64,000 bases of DNA from Bacteroidota bacterium (lineage in GTDB: Bacteria > Bacteroidota > Ignavibacteria > UBA10030 > SZUA-254), in NCBI GenBank assembly GCA_036522515.1, contig DATDFQ010000015.1, positions 129,073 to 193,072 on the forward strand. Reading direction: 5' to 3'. A program made the position numbers and the translations under genes. Each line of letters starts with the position of its first letter. Position 1 is the first letter of the stretch. Positions 49,948 through 58,675 of the stretch are shown here, in pieces. The notes beneath the pieces are model-generated. The model worked only from the letters and a program-made list of their open reading frames with translations, searched no databases and was not told the DNA's origin.

Positions 49948-51040
49948 TGCCTTCCTTCTTGATAAACGGTATGCTCGTCACGCGAGCTTTCACCTGACGG
50001 CCGCGGATCACGACATCCATCCCGGTTCCCGGGCTGCTCGCCCGCGCGGTAACGTACCCCAGTCCGACCCCCTTCTCCAGGACCGGCGAGATCGTCCCGC
50101 TCGTCACCTCTCCGAGCCGTTCGCCGTCCAGGCGGATCTCATAACCGTGGCGGGGAAACGCCTTCTCCTCTTCCATCATGAAACCGACCAGCTTGCGTTT
50201 CACTCCGTTCTTCCTGATGTTTATCAGCTCGGCGCTCCCGAGGAATTCGCCTTTGCCGAGCTTGGTGATCCAGCCGAGCCCCGCTTCCAGGGGGTTCGTC
50301 GTCGCGTCGATGTCGTTCCCGTAGAGGCAATATCCCATTTCGAGCCGCAGCGTGTCCCGCGCGCCCAGCCCGACCGGCACGATGCCGTGTTCCTTCCCGG
50401 CGGCCATGATCGCGTTCCAGACCGCCTCACCCGTCCCGACCGCGGAATCGAAGTAGATCTCGAAACCGAGCTCGCCCGTGTATCCGGTGCGCGAGACGAT
50501 CATCGGCACGCCGGCGACTGTCGTCCGGACGAAGGAATAATAGGGGATGGCGGACAGATCGGCGGGGGTGATTTTTTGCAGCGTGGCGAGGGACTTCGGC
50601 CCCTGAACGGCGAGGAGGGATGTCTCATCGCTCCGGTCGACGACCTCCGCGCTGAAGCCGGCGGCGTTCGACCTGATCCACTCGAGATCCTTGCCGATGT
50701 TCGAGGCGTTGACGACCAGCATGAAGGCGTCGCCGGTCCGGTAGACCAGCAGGTCGTCGACGATGCCGCCGTCGGGGTAGCACATGGCGGAATACTGGGC
50801 CTTCCCGTCGGACAGCTTCGAGACGTCGTTCGTCGTGACGCGCTGGACGAGCTCCTGCGCCCCGCTTCCCCGCACCTCGAACTCCCCCATGTGGGAGACG
50901 TCGAAGAGCCCGACGCCCGACCGGACCGCTTTGTGTTCCTCGATGATGCCGGCGTACTGAACCGGCATTTCATATCCGCCGAATTCAACCAGCTTCGCGC
51001 CGAGTTTCCGGTGCATCTCGAAGAAGGCGGTATGTTTCAT
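49937..51040 (-). CDS. gcvT: Glycine cleavage system aminomethyltransferase T
   Basis: GLFDVSHMGEFEVRG ... TGYTGELGFEI motifs. Confidence 0.9.
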   Translation of the reverse strand: MKHTAFFEMHRKLGAKLVEFGGYEMPVQYAGIIEEHKAVRSGVGLFDVSHMGEFEVRGSGAQELVQRVTTNDVSKLSDGKAQYSAMCYPDGGIVDDLLVYRTGDAFMLVVNASNIGKDLEWIRSNAAGFSAEVVDRSDETSLLAVQGPKSLATLQKITPADLSAIPYYSFVRTTVAGVPMIVSRTGYTGELGFEIYFDSAVGTGEAVWNAIMAAGKEHGIVPVGLGARDTLRLEMGYCLYGNDIDATTNPLEAGLGWITKLGKGEFLGSAELINIRKNGVKRKLVGFMMEEEKAFPRHGYEIRLDGERLGEVTSGTISPVLEKGVGLGYVTARASSPGTGMDVVIRGRQVKARVTSIPFIKKEGNGG

Positions 51041-51099
51041 CGGGTCATTTCCGGGAGTTCGTTCAGCTTTTCTGGAATGGGGCCGGAATGGGACCGGAA

Positions 51100-52758
51100 T
51101 CAGGAGTTATACTGGTCGGTGATGTCCCGGTTCTGCTTCTGCGAAAAGAAGTGAAACTCCGCAATCGGAAGCTTCGGGTCCTCTTCGAGCTTCATGAACA
51201 CCTTGTACTTGAATTTCATTTTCGTGAGCCTGCTGATCATCCCTTCGCCGAGATACGCCGCGATGCTGGGATGGACCCGCAACCGGAGGGGCCTGAACTC
51301 CCTCGACTCCGACCGGAACCGGCGAATCCAGCGGTCGATCTGGTTGACGATGCTCGACTTGGATTGAACGAGACCCCCTCCGCCGCACACCGGGCACGGG
51401 TCGGTGAAGCTGTGCAGGATGCTCTGCCGGATCCTCTGGCGGGTGATCTGCGCGAGGCCGATTTCCGTCATCGGGAGGACCATCACCTTGGCGCGGTCCT
51501 TCCGGAATTCCTTGCGCAACTCGTCGTACACCCTCTTCCTGTTCCGCTCATCGTCGAGGTCGATGAAATCGATCACGATGATTCCGCCGAGGTCGCGGAG
51601 CCTGATCTGGTGGCAGACTTCCCTCGCCGCCTCCAGGTTCGTCCGGAGAGAGTTCAATTCCTGTTCGCGCTTTGCGGCGTACCGGCCGCTGTTCACATCG
51701 ATCACGACCATCGCTTCGGTCTGCTCGATGATGATATAGCCGCCGCTCTTCAGCCACACCTTCCGGTTGAGGCAGGCGGCGATCTCCTTTTCGACCTTGT
51801 AGGCGTCGAAGATCGGTTCGCGCTCCTTGTAGAGCTGAATCTTGTCGAGCAGCTGGGGGGAGACAAGCTTGACATAGGAGCTGATCTCCCGGTAGAGCTT
51901 CGGAGAATCCATGACGACCCTCTCCACGGAGTCCGTAAAGAGGTCCCGGATGACGCTCGAGGTCGTGGCCATGTCCTTATAGAGGAGGGCCGGGGCTTTC
52001 TCCGTCTTCAGCCCCTTTTCGATCTCCCGCCAGGTGGTCAGGAGCGATTCGAGGTCCTGTTTGAGAGTCTCTTCTTCCTTGTCCTGCGCGACGGTCCGGA
52101 TGATCACACCGAAACCTTCCGGCAGCATGCTCCGAACGATCCGCCGGAGCCGGCGTTTTTCCCGGAAGTTCGTAAGCCGCTTGGAAACTCCGATCTTGCC
52201 GTCGAAGGGGAGAAGCACCAGGAAGCGTCCGGGGAGCGAGACCTCAGAGGTCACCCTGACGCCCTTCTTCCCCACCGGCTCCTTGGTGACCTGGACGATG
52301 ATCTCCTGGTCGCGCTTGAGGTCCGGAACGGAGTAGTTGGACCTTCCGTCGTTTCTGCCGGAACGCTGGGGCTGCTGCTGGGTGGTCGTCCTGACGGGGG
52401 CTGTCGCTACTTCGGGCTGATTACCGGAGGGTGATTTGTCCTGAGCGCCGGAGGGCTCATCCTCGTCGGAATCCTCATCGGTGTCGACGTCCGAATCCTC
52501 GTCTCCGATCAGCGCTGAATACTCGTGGAGGGAACTTCCGATATCGGAAAAATGAAGGAATGCATCCTGTTGAAGGCCGAGATCGATGAATGCCGCCCTG
52601 ATACCCGGCATGACTTTTGCAACTTTCCCCAGGTAAATATCGCCGACCATACGCTCTTTCTCGGGGGTTTCGACATAGAGCTCGGCAAGCCGCTTTTCCT
52701 CAGTTATGGCAATACGAATTTCATCTGAGACGGAATTGATGATAATTTCTTTTTTCAT
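51100..52758 (-). CDS. rng: Ribonuclease G/E-family endoribonuclease
   Basis: S1 domain (GDIYLGKVAKVMPGIRAAFIDLG), DNase-I-like and Zn-link (CPVCGG) regions. Start set at MKKEIIINSV. Confidence 0.85.
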   Translation of the reverse strand: MKKEIIINSVSDEIRIAITEEKRLAELYVETPEKERMVGDIYLGKVAKVMPGIRAAFIDLGLQQDAFLHFSDIGSSLHEYSALIGDEDSDVDTDEDSDEDEPSGAQDKSPSGNQPEVATAPVRTTTQQQPQRSGRNDGRSNYSVPDLKRDQEIIVQVTKEPVGKKGVRVTSEVSLPGRFLVLLPFDGKIGVSKRLTNFREKRRLRRIVRSMLPEGFGVIIRTVAQDKEEETLKQDLESLLTTWREIEKGLKTEKAPALLYKDMATTSSVIRDLFTDSVERVVMDSPKLYREISSYVKLVSPQLLDKIQLYKEREPIFDAYKVEKEIAACLNRKVWLKSGGYIIIEQTEAMVVIDVNSGRYAAKREQELNSLRTNLEAAREVCHQIRLRDLGGIIVIDFIDLDDERNRKRVYDELRKEFRKDRAKVMVLPMTEIGLAQITRQRIRQSILHSFTDPCPVCGGGGLVQSKSSIVNQIDRWIRRFRSESREFRPLRLRVHPSIAAYLGEGMISRLTKMKFKYKVFMKLEEDPKLPIAEFHFFSQKQNRDITDQYNS

Positions 52759-53097
52759 GAAGTGGTTCTCGCTCCTCCGAACCCTTTTCCGATCGAAAAC
52801 TTGTGGAAGGTTCCTGCAAAGGGTTCTTAAATGATGGGTTGATGCTGCAACGCCGCCTTCGGATCGGTGCCGAGGCGAAGTCACGGAACGAGGCGAGCCG
52901 GGTTCCCCGGAAAAGGGGAACGCAGGTCAGTAGCGCAATGCTCATCATCGTTGACCGGAGACCTGTTGCGAATTGAATTGGCATGAAGAAATCGTTGAAT
53001 TCTCTAAAATTTAAAGCAAAACCTAAGAATCTGGCTATAAAATACGAAATATTGGAGAAGATTGCAATACCCCGGGACAAATGGTGGTGTCTTATTT

Positions 53098-53176
53098 TGT
53101 CATCCTGAGCGAAGCGAAGGATCTTGCAGCTCGGAAAGACGAGATCCTTCGGTCGCTCCGCTCCCTCAGGATGACA
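53098..53176. repeat. MITE-like palindromic element (TGTCATCCTGAGCGAAGCGAAGGATC ... GATCCTTCGGTCGCTCCGCTCCCTCAGGATGACA)
   Basis: Same terminal inverted repeats as the copies at 33658, 36391, 40791 and 44199. Confidence 0.7.
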
Positions 53177-53178
53177 TG

Positions 53179-53294
53179 TTATTCTCGTTCCCACGCTCTG
53201 CGTGGGAACGCAGATTTGCGGCGCTCTGCGCCGCGACCAGGCTCGGACGCGGAGCGTCCGGGTATGCATTCCGCCGCAGAGCGGCGGAACGAGG
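53179..53294. repeat. 116-bp four-hairpin repeat, copy A
   Basis: Hairpins GTTCCCACGCTCTGCGTGGGAAC, GCGGCGCTCTGCGCCGC, GGACGCGGAGCGTCC, TTCCGCCGCAGAGCGGCGGAA. 114/116 identical to the copy at 55289-55404. Confidence 0.8.
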
Positions 53295-53387
53295 AAAAGT
53301 GAGAGGACGCGAGAGGTCACGGTAGCCACGACCTTCAGGTCGTGGGCCGTTTCCTGGTCGCCTAAAGCTGCACCTACCCGGAGCTGC

Positions 53388-55070
53388 TTACTTTACCAGG
53401 ACCATTTTTCTTACGATCGAACGGGCTGGCACCGTCGCAGATGATCCTGTGCCGGGCCGGGCTTCGACCTCAAGACGGTACAGATAAACGCCGCTTGGCA
53501 ACTCCCCGGCTGAAAAGCTGACTTGCTGCGGGCCTTCCTCCATCGGCTGCCGCTTCAGGAGCGTGGCGACCTCCCTTCCGAGAAGATCGAAAACCCTCAG
53601 GGTGACGATGGAGCGGCTCTCCAGCCCGAACCCGATCACGGTGGCGGGGTTGAACGGGTTTGGATAGTTCTGACCGAGTTCGAAGCGTCCAGGGATCCGT
53701 GGGCGGCCCTCTCCCACTCCGAGGAGATCCGAACCGGAGCCGAGGGCAAATTCGCTGAACCCGTTAATCGCCGCCACGATCTCGTTCGTCCCCGCATCGT
53801 AGGTCGTCGGAAGCTCGGTGAAAGCGCCGGTCCCCGAGGTGCTCCGTTTATAGATATGCACGTCGCCCGGATTCACGACGCCGGTGGAGAACGCCGAGAG
53901 GCTGATCCGGATCTCCCCCGTGACCGAAGCCTCGGACCCGTCGATGACCCAGCGGTACTGGCTCAGATTGACCGGCGGCGTCGCGGTGAAAGCGGGATTC
54001 GCCGGAGGATCCTTGAAACGGTAGACCGTGACCGCCGCGGCGCCATTCAACGAGGTAATGTTGAGCGTTACGCCGGTGGTGCCCGACAGATCGTCAAACT
54101 GATAGCTCCCTGTCGAGCTGATGGTCTTTGCGACGGAAGCCGCGGGATAGAAGTCGGCAAGCGCGTGCCGGTAGAGACTCCCGGCGTAGAGATACGGGCC
54201 GACCGCCGTGAGGGTGTTGAACTGCACGTTGTTTGCGAATCCGGTCGGTTGCCAGCTCGCGCCCGAATCTCTCGAGACGTACACCTCCGCATTCGTCCCC
54301 GCGAACAGGTAGGGAGGAGCGGCTGTGATGCTGCCTACGGCGAGTGAATCACTCCCCATGCCGTGGTTGACAACCTGCCATGATCCCCCCGAGTTGACGG
54401 TCCGGTAAACCCCGTGTCCGTAGACGTTGACGAACACCGTCGAGCCCAGCGCAGCGAGGTAGTAGGTGTCGACCGAAGGCAATCCGGAATTCACCGGCCC
54501 CCAATTCAAGCCTCCGTCGGTCGATCTGGAAACCCCCTGGCTCGCCGTGAATATCCTGGAGCCGACGGGGAGCACCGACGTGGTGATGCTCGCGGGATGG
54601 CCGAAGCTGGCATGCGTCCAGCTCGAACCGAGGTTCGTCGACCAGGCGACATTATAGTACCCAACGAAGAGCGTATCGCCCCGGGTGGCGAGGGAGTAGG
54701 CGTCGGCAAGCGAGTAGAAGCTCGACGTCGCGTTCCAGGATCTTCCTCCGTCAGTCGACCGTTTGACCCCGTACGAGGTCATCCCCAGGAACAGGTTCGA
54801 TCCGATCGAGGCGAACGATTGGACTCCGCTTGCGAGATCGACGGGGAGCAGGTGATCCGATCTCACCCACGTGAGACCGTAGTCGCCCGACCGGTAGACC
54901 TTGAACGAATCCGCCAACCCGGGGGAAGTGCTGATAAAGACCGTATCGCCATACCCCCCGATTGCGATGACTCCGCTCCCGGAGAAACCGCTAAGCCATT
55001 TCCACTGGGAGAAGGCCGTGACGGAAAACGCGAAGCACAAAAGGAAGATAAAGGCGGTTGAAATACGCAT
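53388..55070 (-). CDS. Secreted BNR/Ycf48-like repeat protein with T9SS C-terminal sorting domain
   Basis: Signal peptide. BNR-like repeats (STDGGRSW, STNLGSSW, STDGGLNW, SRDSGASW). C-terminal NYPNPFNPATVIGFGL...YLYRL CTD. Confidence 0.7.
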   Translation of the reverse strand: MRISTAFIFLLCFAFSVTAFSQWKWLSGFSGSGVIAIGGYGDTVFISTSPGLADSFKVYRSGDYGLTWVRSDHLLPVDLASGVQSFASIGSNLFLGMTSYGVKRSTDGGRSWNATSSFYSLADAYSLATRGDTLFVGYYNVAWSTNLGSSWTHASFGHPASITTSVLPVGSRIFTASQGVSRSTDGGLNWGPVNSGLPSVDTYYLAALGSTVFVNVYGHGVYRTVNSGGSWQVVNHGMGSDSLAVGSITAAPPYLFAGTNAEVYVSRDSGASWQPTGFANNVQFNTLTAVGPYLYAGSLYRHALADFYPAASVAKTISSTGSYQFDDLSGTTGVTLNITSLNGAAAVTVYRFKDPPANPAFTATPPVNLSQYRWVIDGSEASVTGEIRISLSAFSTGVVNPGDVHIYKRSTSGTGAFTELPTTYDAGTNEIVAAINGFSEFALGSGSDLLGVGEGRPRIPGRFELGQNYPNPFNPATVIGFGLESRSIVTLRVFDLLGREVATLLKRQPMEEGPQQVSFSAGELPSGVYLYRLEVEARPGTGSSATVPARSIVRKMVLVK

Positions 55071-55288
55071 GGCTCTCCCGAATAAATAACTGATTGAATG
55101 ATATCAAAAAAAAGAGGTCAAGCTAACCCGTGTCACCCGGAAATGACTTCCTACCGTTGCTTCCTTCCGGATCTGGCGGGGTTCGGAGGCTTTCCGTCGC
55201 ACAGGACTTGACCTCAAGGGCATGCGTATGGTACGAAAAAATGGAGTGAAATCCAACGGGGCGTGGAGAGCGCGGCGAGCGACATTCT

Positions 55289-55404
55289 TTATTCTCGTTC
55301 CCACGCTCTGCGTGGGAACGCAGATTTGCGGCGCTCTGCGCCGCGACCAGGTTCGGACGCGGAGCGTCCGGGTATGCATTCCGCCGCGGAGCGGCGGAAC
55401 GAGG
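55289..55404. repeat. 116-bp four-hairpin repeat, copy B (direct orientation relative to copy A)
   Basis: Two mismatches versus 53179-53294. Ends 1 bp before the stop codon of the receiver gene. Confidence 0.8.
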
Positions 55405-55405
55405 G

Positions 55406-55774
55406 CTATTTCGAGAGCACCCTCCGGATGGAACTGACCAGGGAGGTGAGGTCGTACGGTTTCGTCATGTAATCGTTCGCGCCGTTTTTCACCGCCTCGA
55501 TGGCGACCGAGAGGTCGTCGACGGCGGTCAGGACGATGACACGGGAGGTGATTTTTTTTCCGCGGATATGTTTCAGCACTTCGATCCCGTTCACGCGGGG
55601 CATCCGCATGTCCAGGAGCACCACGTCGAACGTGTGCTTCCCGAGCATGTCGATACCCGTGTCGCCGTCATCGGCGGTTTCCACCTTGAACCCCTCCCCC
55701 TCGAGCTGATTTTTGACAAGCTCTCTCAGGGCGTCTTCGTCGTCCACATACAGCACGCGAGTCTCTTTTGTCAT
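55406..55774 (-). CDS. Stand-alone response-regulator receiver (CheY-like) protein
   Basis: 122 aa. Phospho-acceptor Asp in VVLLDMRMP. Conserved DD pair and Lys (TKPYD). Confidence 0.85.
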   Translation of the reverse strand: MTKETRVLYVDDEDALRELVKNQLEGEGFKVETADDGDTGIDMLGKHTFDVVLLDMRMPRVNGIEVLKHIRGKKITSRVIVLTAVDDLSVAIEAVKNGANDYMTKPYDLTSLVSSIRRVLSK

Positions 55775-55838
55775 GACACTCCTCTTTCGGATTGGTGGGA
55801 TACGCTTGCTTCTACCTCCTGGACGAAGGAACCATGCC

Positions 55839-57248
55839 TCATCGCGTTGCCCGCTCCACGGCAGTCGGGAAACGGTTGTCGGTCTTTTCCCACTTGAGGT
55901 CCCGCTTCCTCATCCTCGCACGGTAAAACATGAACAGCGCCCTCCCGGTCGCGCTGAAATTGACGATGTTCGAGATGGGCAGCCGCACGATGCTGAGCGT
56001 GGCGGCCCAGAGTCCGTACACGCGCCGCACGCTCACAAACCTGTGTAGTATCCGCCATAACATGAGCGACGTATCAAGCACGACGAGGTCGAACAGCATC
56101 GTCCCCTTCACGACGATCGGCGGAAGCTGGTGCTGCGGGGCGAAGCCGAACCGTATTGCCTCGTACGCCATAAAATAAAGGATGACGAGGTAGGCAAAAA
56201 AGTTGATGACGTTTGTCATCACCGCCTTGCGGTCGCGGTAGAGGACGAAGCGGAACCTGGCATCCCCCTTCCACCCGATCAGGTTCCAGGATTGCAGGCA
56301 GATGCCCGTCACCCACCTGCTCTTTTGACGGATCGAAGCGCCGAGCTTGTCGGGGAAAAAGCTCCGCGTCGCGCAATTGATCCCGAACGGGTCGTGCACG
56401 AAGAGGAGTTTCGCTTTCCCGAGCGCCAGGCGGAGAGCGAGGTCGTAATCCTCCGTGAGCGATTTCGACCGGAAGATGTTCTTCGCGTACGAGGTGCCGA
56501 CGAATTCGATCAGCCAGCGGTTGTACGCGGTGCCCACCCCCGCGGAGGGGACGAACCCGCTGAAGCGCTGGCGCACGTGGAGGTCCTTGGTATGGTATTC
56601 GGCGAACTCGTCCGCATACGCCCAATGGACAAGATTCGTGTGCGACATGTTCAGGGGAAACACCGGCATCTGAACCATGTCATATTCGGGGATGAGATAA
56701 TTTTGAATCTTCAAAGACATGGGGTGGATGACATCTTCCGAATCATGCTGAAGAACGATGTCGTAGCGAACGCCCGTCTTGTTCTCCCACCGGATCATCC
56801 CTTCGTGGATCTGGTTGAGATTGTCCGCCTTCGTCGTAGGACCCGGATGGGTGGACACGACCGCATGGACGTTCGGAAACAACCCGCTGACCTCCTCCAC
56901 CCGCTTGATCGTTTCCGGGTCGTTCGGATAAACGCCCACGAAAATGTCGTAGTTCTTGTACTGGATCGTCCGGCAGGCGTTCAGAAGCATCTTGTCGATG
57001 ACGTCGAATTCGTTCCAGGCGGGAACGAAGATCGCAATCGGTTTTTCCTCCACCTCGTGGAGTTTTTCCGGTGACTCGCGTGTGTACTTCGTGAAGCTCT
57101 TTCTGTTCAGGAGATAGTGGAACCAATAGTAGAGGTCGATGAAGACGTCGTCCAGCCCGCTGACAAACAGGAATGCGGCCACGATGAAGGTCGCGACATA
57201 GAGCACGTGATACGATGAACGGAAGAATTCTATCAGCCAATCGAGCAT
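55839..57248 (-). CDS. Family-2 glycosyltransferase, NfrB-like (synthase-type exopolysaccharide GT) without C-terminal c-di-GMP-binding domain
   Basis: N-terminal TM then GT2 core. Motifs match my recollection of E. coli NfrB (FVSGLDDVFIDLYYW; EKPIAIFVPAWNE; YDIFVGVYPNDPET; FPNVHAVV; HPGPTTKAD; HDSEDVIHP; SAGVGT; SLTEDYD; RQKSRW; LYRDRK). 469 aa, against about 745 aa for NfrB. Confidence 0.7.
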   Translation of the reverse strand: MLDWLIEFFRSSYHVLYVATFIVAAFLFVSGLDDVFIDLYYWFHYLLNRKSFTKYTRESPEKLHEVEEKPIAIFVPAWNEFDVIDKMLLNACRTIQYKNYDIFVGVYPNDPETIKRVEEVSGLFPNVHAVVSTHPGPTTKADNLNQIHEGMIRWENKTGVRYDIVLQHDSEDVIHPMSLKIQNYLIPEYDMVQMPVFPLNMSHTNLVHWAYADEFAEYHTKDLHVRQRFSGFVPSAGVGTAYNRWLIEFVGTSYAKNIFRSKSLTEDYDLALRLALGKAKLLFVHDPFGINCATRSFFPDKLGASIRQKSRWVTGICLQSWNLIGWKGDARFRFVLYRDRKAVMTNVINFFAYLVILYFMAYEAIRFGFAPQHQLPPIVVKGTMLFDLVVLDTSLMLWRILHRFVSVRRVYGLWAATLSIVRLPISNIVNFSATGRALFMFYRARMRKRDLKWEKTDNRFPTAVERATR

Positions 57249-57251
57249 GGG

Positions 57252-58421
57252 TCAGAACGTCCGGTCGAAGATGAGGAAAAATCTGAACGAGCTGTAATAC
57301 GAGTCGTACGGCACAGGCGGCCCGCCTACGTCCCAGTAGGTCCCCCGGTGAAACTCGGCGGCGAGATAAAATCCCCAATCCACGTCAGGGATCAGCCGGA
57401 GTCCCACGCTCCCTTCGACTTCATTGTTGTAGAACAGTTTTTCCGTGTCCCTGACGAGATCTCCGCGGAGATAGACGTCGCCCGCCGTCTTCGACACCTC
57501 AAGCACGCGGAGCCCGAGACGCCCCTGCAGATACCCGATCCCGTCCTCGTAGCGCGAGTAGTAGCCGAACGAGCTATACATGTCCGCCCACGGGTAAAAA
57601 GGTGTTTTCACCTCCGGGTGGACGTTGAACGGGGCGTAGATCCCGTAGGAGTAGACCGCGACGGCCCTGAAATCGTTTCGCGGGCTCGATGAAGTCGGGC
57701 GTGAAACCACGTCGAAGGCAATCCCCTCCTGGACGCTGACGGAGAGCCCGGTCAACGGACGCGCCCGCAACCCCAGCCCCAGGATCAGCGAATTGTCGGA
57801 GAAAATCACAGGCACTTGTCCGCCGCCGGACCGCGCGTCGCCCGAATACATGACCGTGCCGTACGCGCCCAGCTTCCGGTCGGATGTGAGCGAGTATCCC
57901 CGCTCAAGGTTGAATTGAAAAAAGGTCGTATTCCATCTCGTGTCGTAGTAGGGCGCCGCGTAAACGCGGGTCCACCAGTCGGACGCCGAGCCGGTCGGGG
58001 ACGAGGCGGCGAGCTGGCTGTTTGCCGCATCGCGGATGTCGGGATAACGGCTATCCCGGAGCGATTGGAGCAGGGCGTCCGATTCTTCCTTCCGGCCTGC
58101 CGAGGAGAGAGCGTAGGCAGCCTGGAGCCGGGTTGAATCGGACGGGTGGAAGCGGTCCGCGGCAAGAAAATGCGCGGCGGCCAGATCGTACTGCTTCTGG
58201 GACTGATAGAGGTATCCAAGCTGCATCCGGACGAGCACGTTCGTCGAATCCATAGCCGCAGCGCGTTCGAAGAGCGCCGCCGCATCCGGCGAGTGGGCGG
58301 CGAGCGATGCATACGCCCGCGACAGCACGACTGCGAGGGACGTATCTCCCGATGCCTGGCTCCTCACCGAGCGAGGGCAAGCCAAAACGAGAACCGAAGC
58401 TATGAGGAGGCGGATAATCAA
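57252..58421 (-). CDS. Outer-membrane protein with N-terminal TPR-like helical region and C-terminal beta-barrel (putative polysaccharide export porin, NfrA/PgaA-like)
   Basis: Signal peptide. TPR-like helices (MQLGYLYQSQKQYDLAAAHFLAA). Then Tyr/Gly-rich beta strands, ending ...FLIFDRTF. The stop is 3 bp before the GT2 start. Confidence 0.5.
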   Translation of the reverse strand: MIIRLLIASVLVLACPRSVRSQASGDTSLAVVLSRAYASLAAHSPDAAALFERAAAMDSTNVLVRMQLGYLYQSQKQYDLAAAHFLAADRFHPSDSTRLQAAYALSSAGRKEESDALLQSLRDSRYPDIRDAANSQLAASSPTGSASDWWTRVYAAPYYDTRWNTTFFQFNLERGYSLTSDRKLGAYGTVMYSGDARSGGGQVPVIFSDNSLILGLGLRARPLTGLSVSVQEGIAFDVVSRPTSSSPRNDFRAVAVYSYGIYAPFNVHPEVKTPFYPWADMYSSFGYYSRYEDGIGYLQGRLGLRVLEVSKTAGDVYLRGDLVRDTEKLFYNNEVEGSVGLRLIPDVDWGFYLAAEFHRGTYWDVGGPPVPYDSYYSSFRFFLIFDRTF

Positions 58422-58675
58422 TGAGAATCCTGGAATGGGGCCTTCGATTGCAGCCTTTAATTCAGCAGGAATATATAAAAAAATTTAGAAAGAAGCCGTG
58501 ACGTTCATCAATCAAAAACCCTTCATTTCAAACCGGTTATTGCATATCGACGGCAAAAGAGGTATCATTCCATTGACCTCCGAATCGAGGTCGCTCCAGA
58601 TTGAAGCACCATCCTGCCGGCACACGGCGCGCCTCCCGGGCAACACATTCACCTGTTACAACAAAAGGGGGAGGT

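Noticed and set aside
52721-53329. 202-aa and 91-aa minus-strand ORFs sharing MHTRTLRVR.WSRRRAPQICVPTQSVGTRI (52721-53329 and 55104-55379)
   Set aside because: Both are read-through translations of the 116-bp four-hairpin repeat copies.
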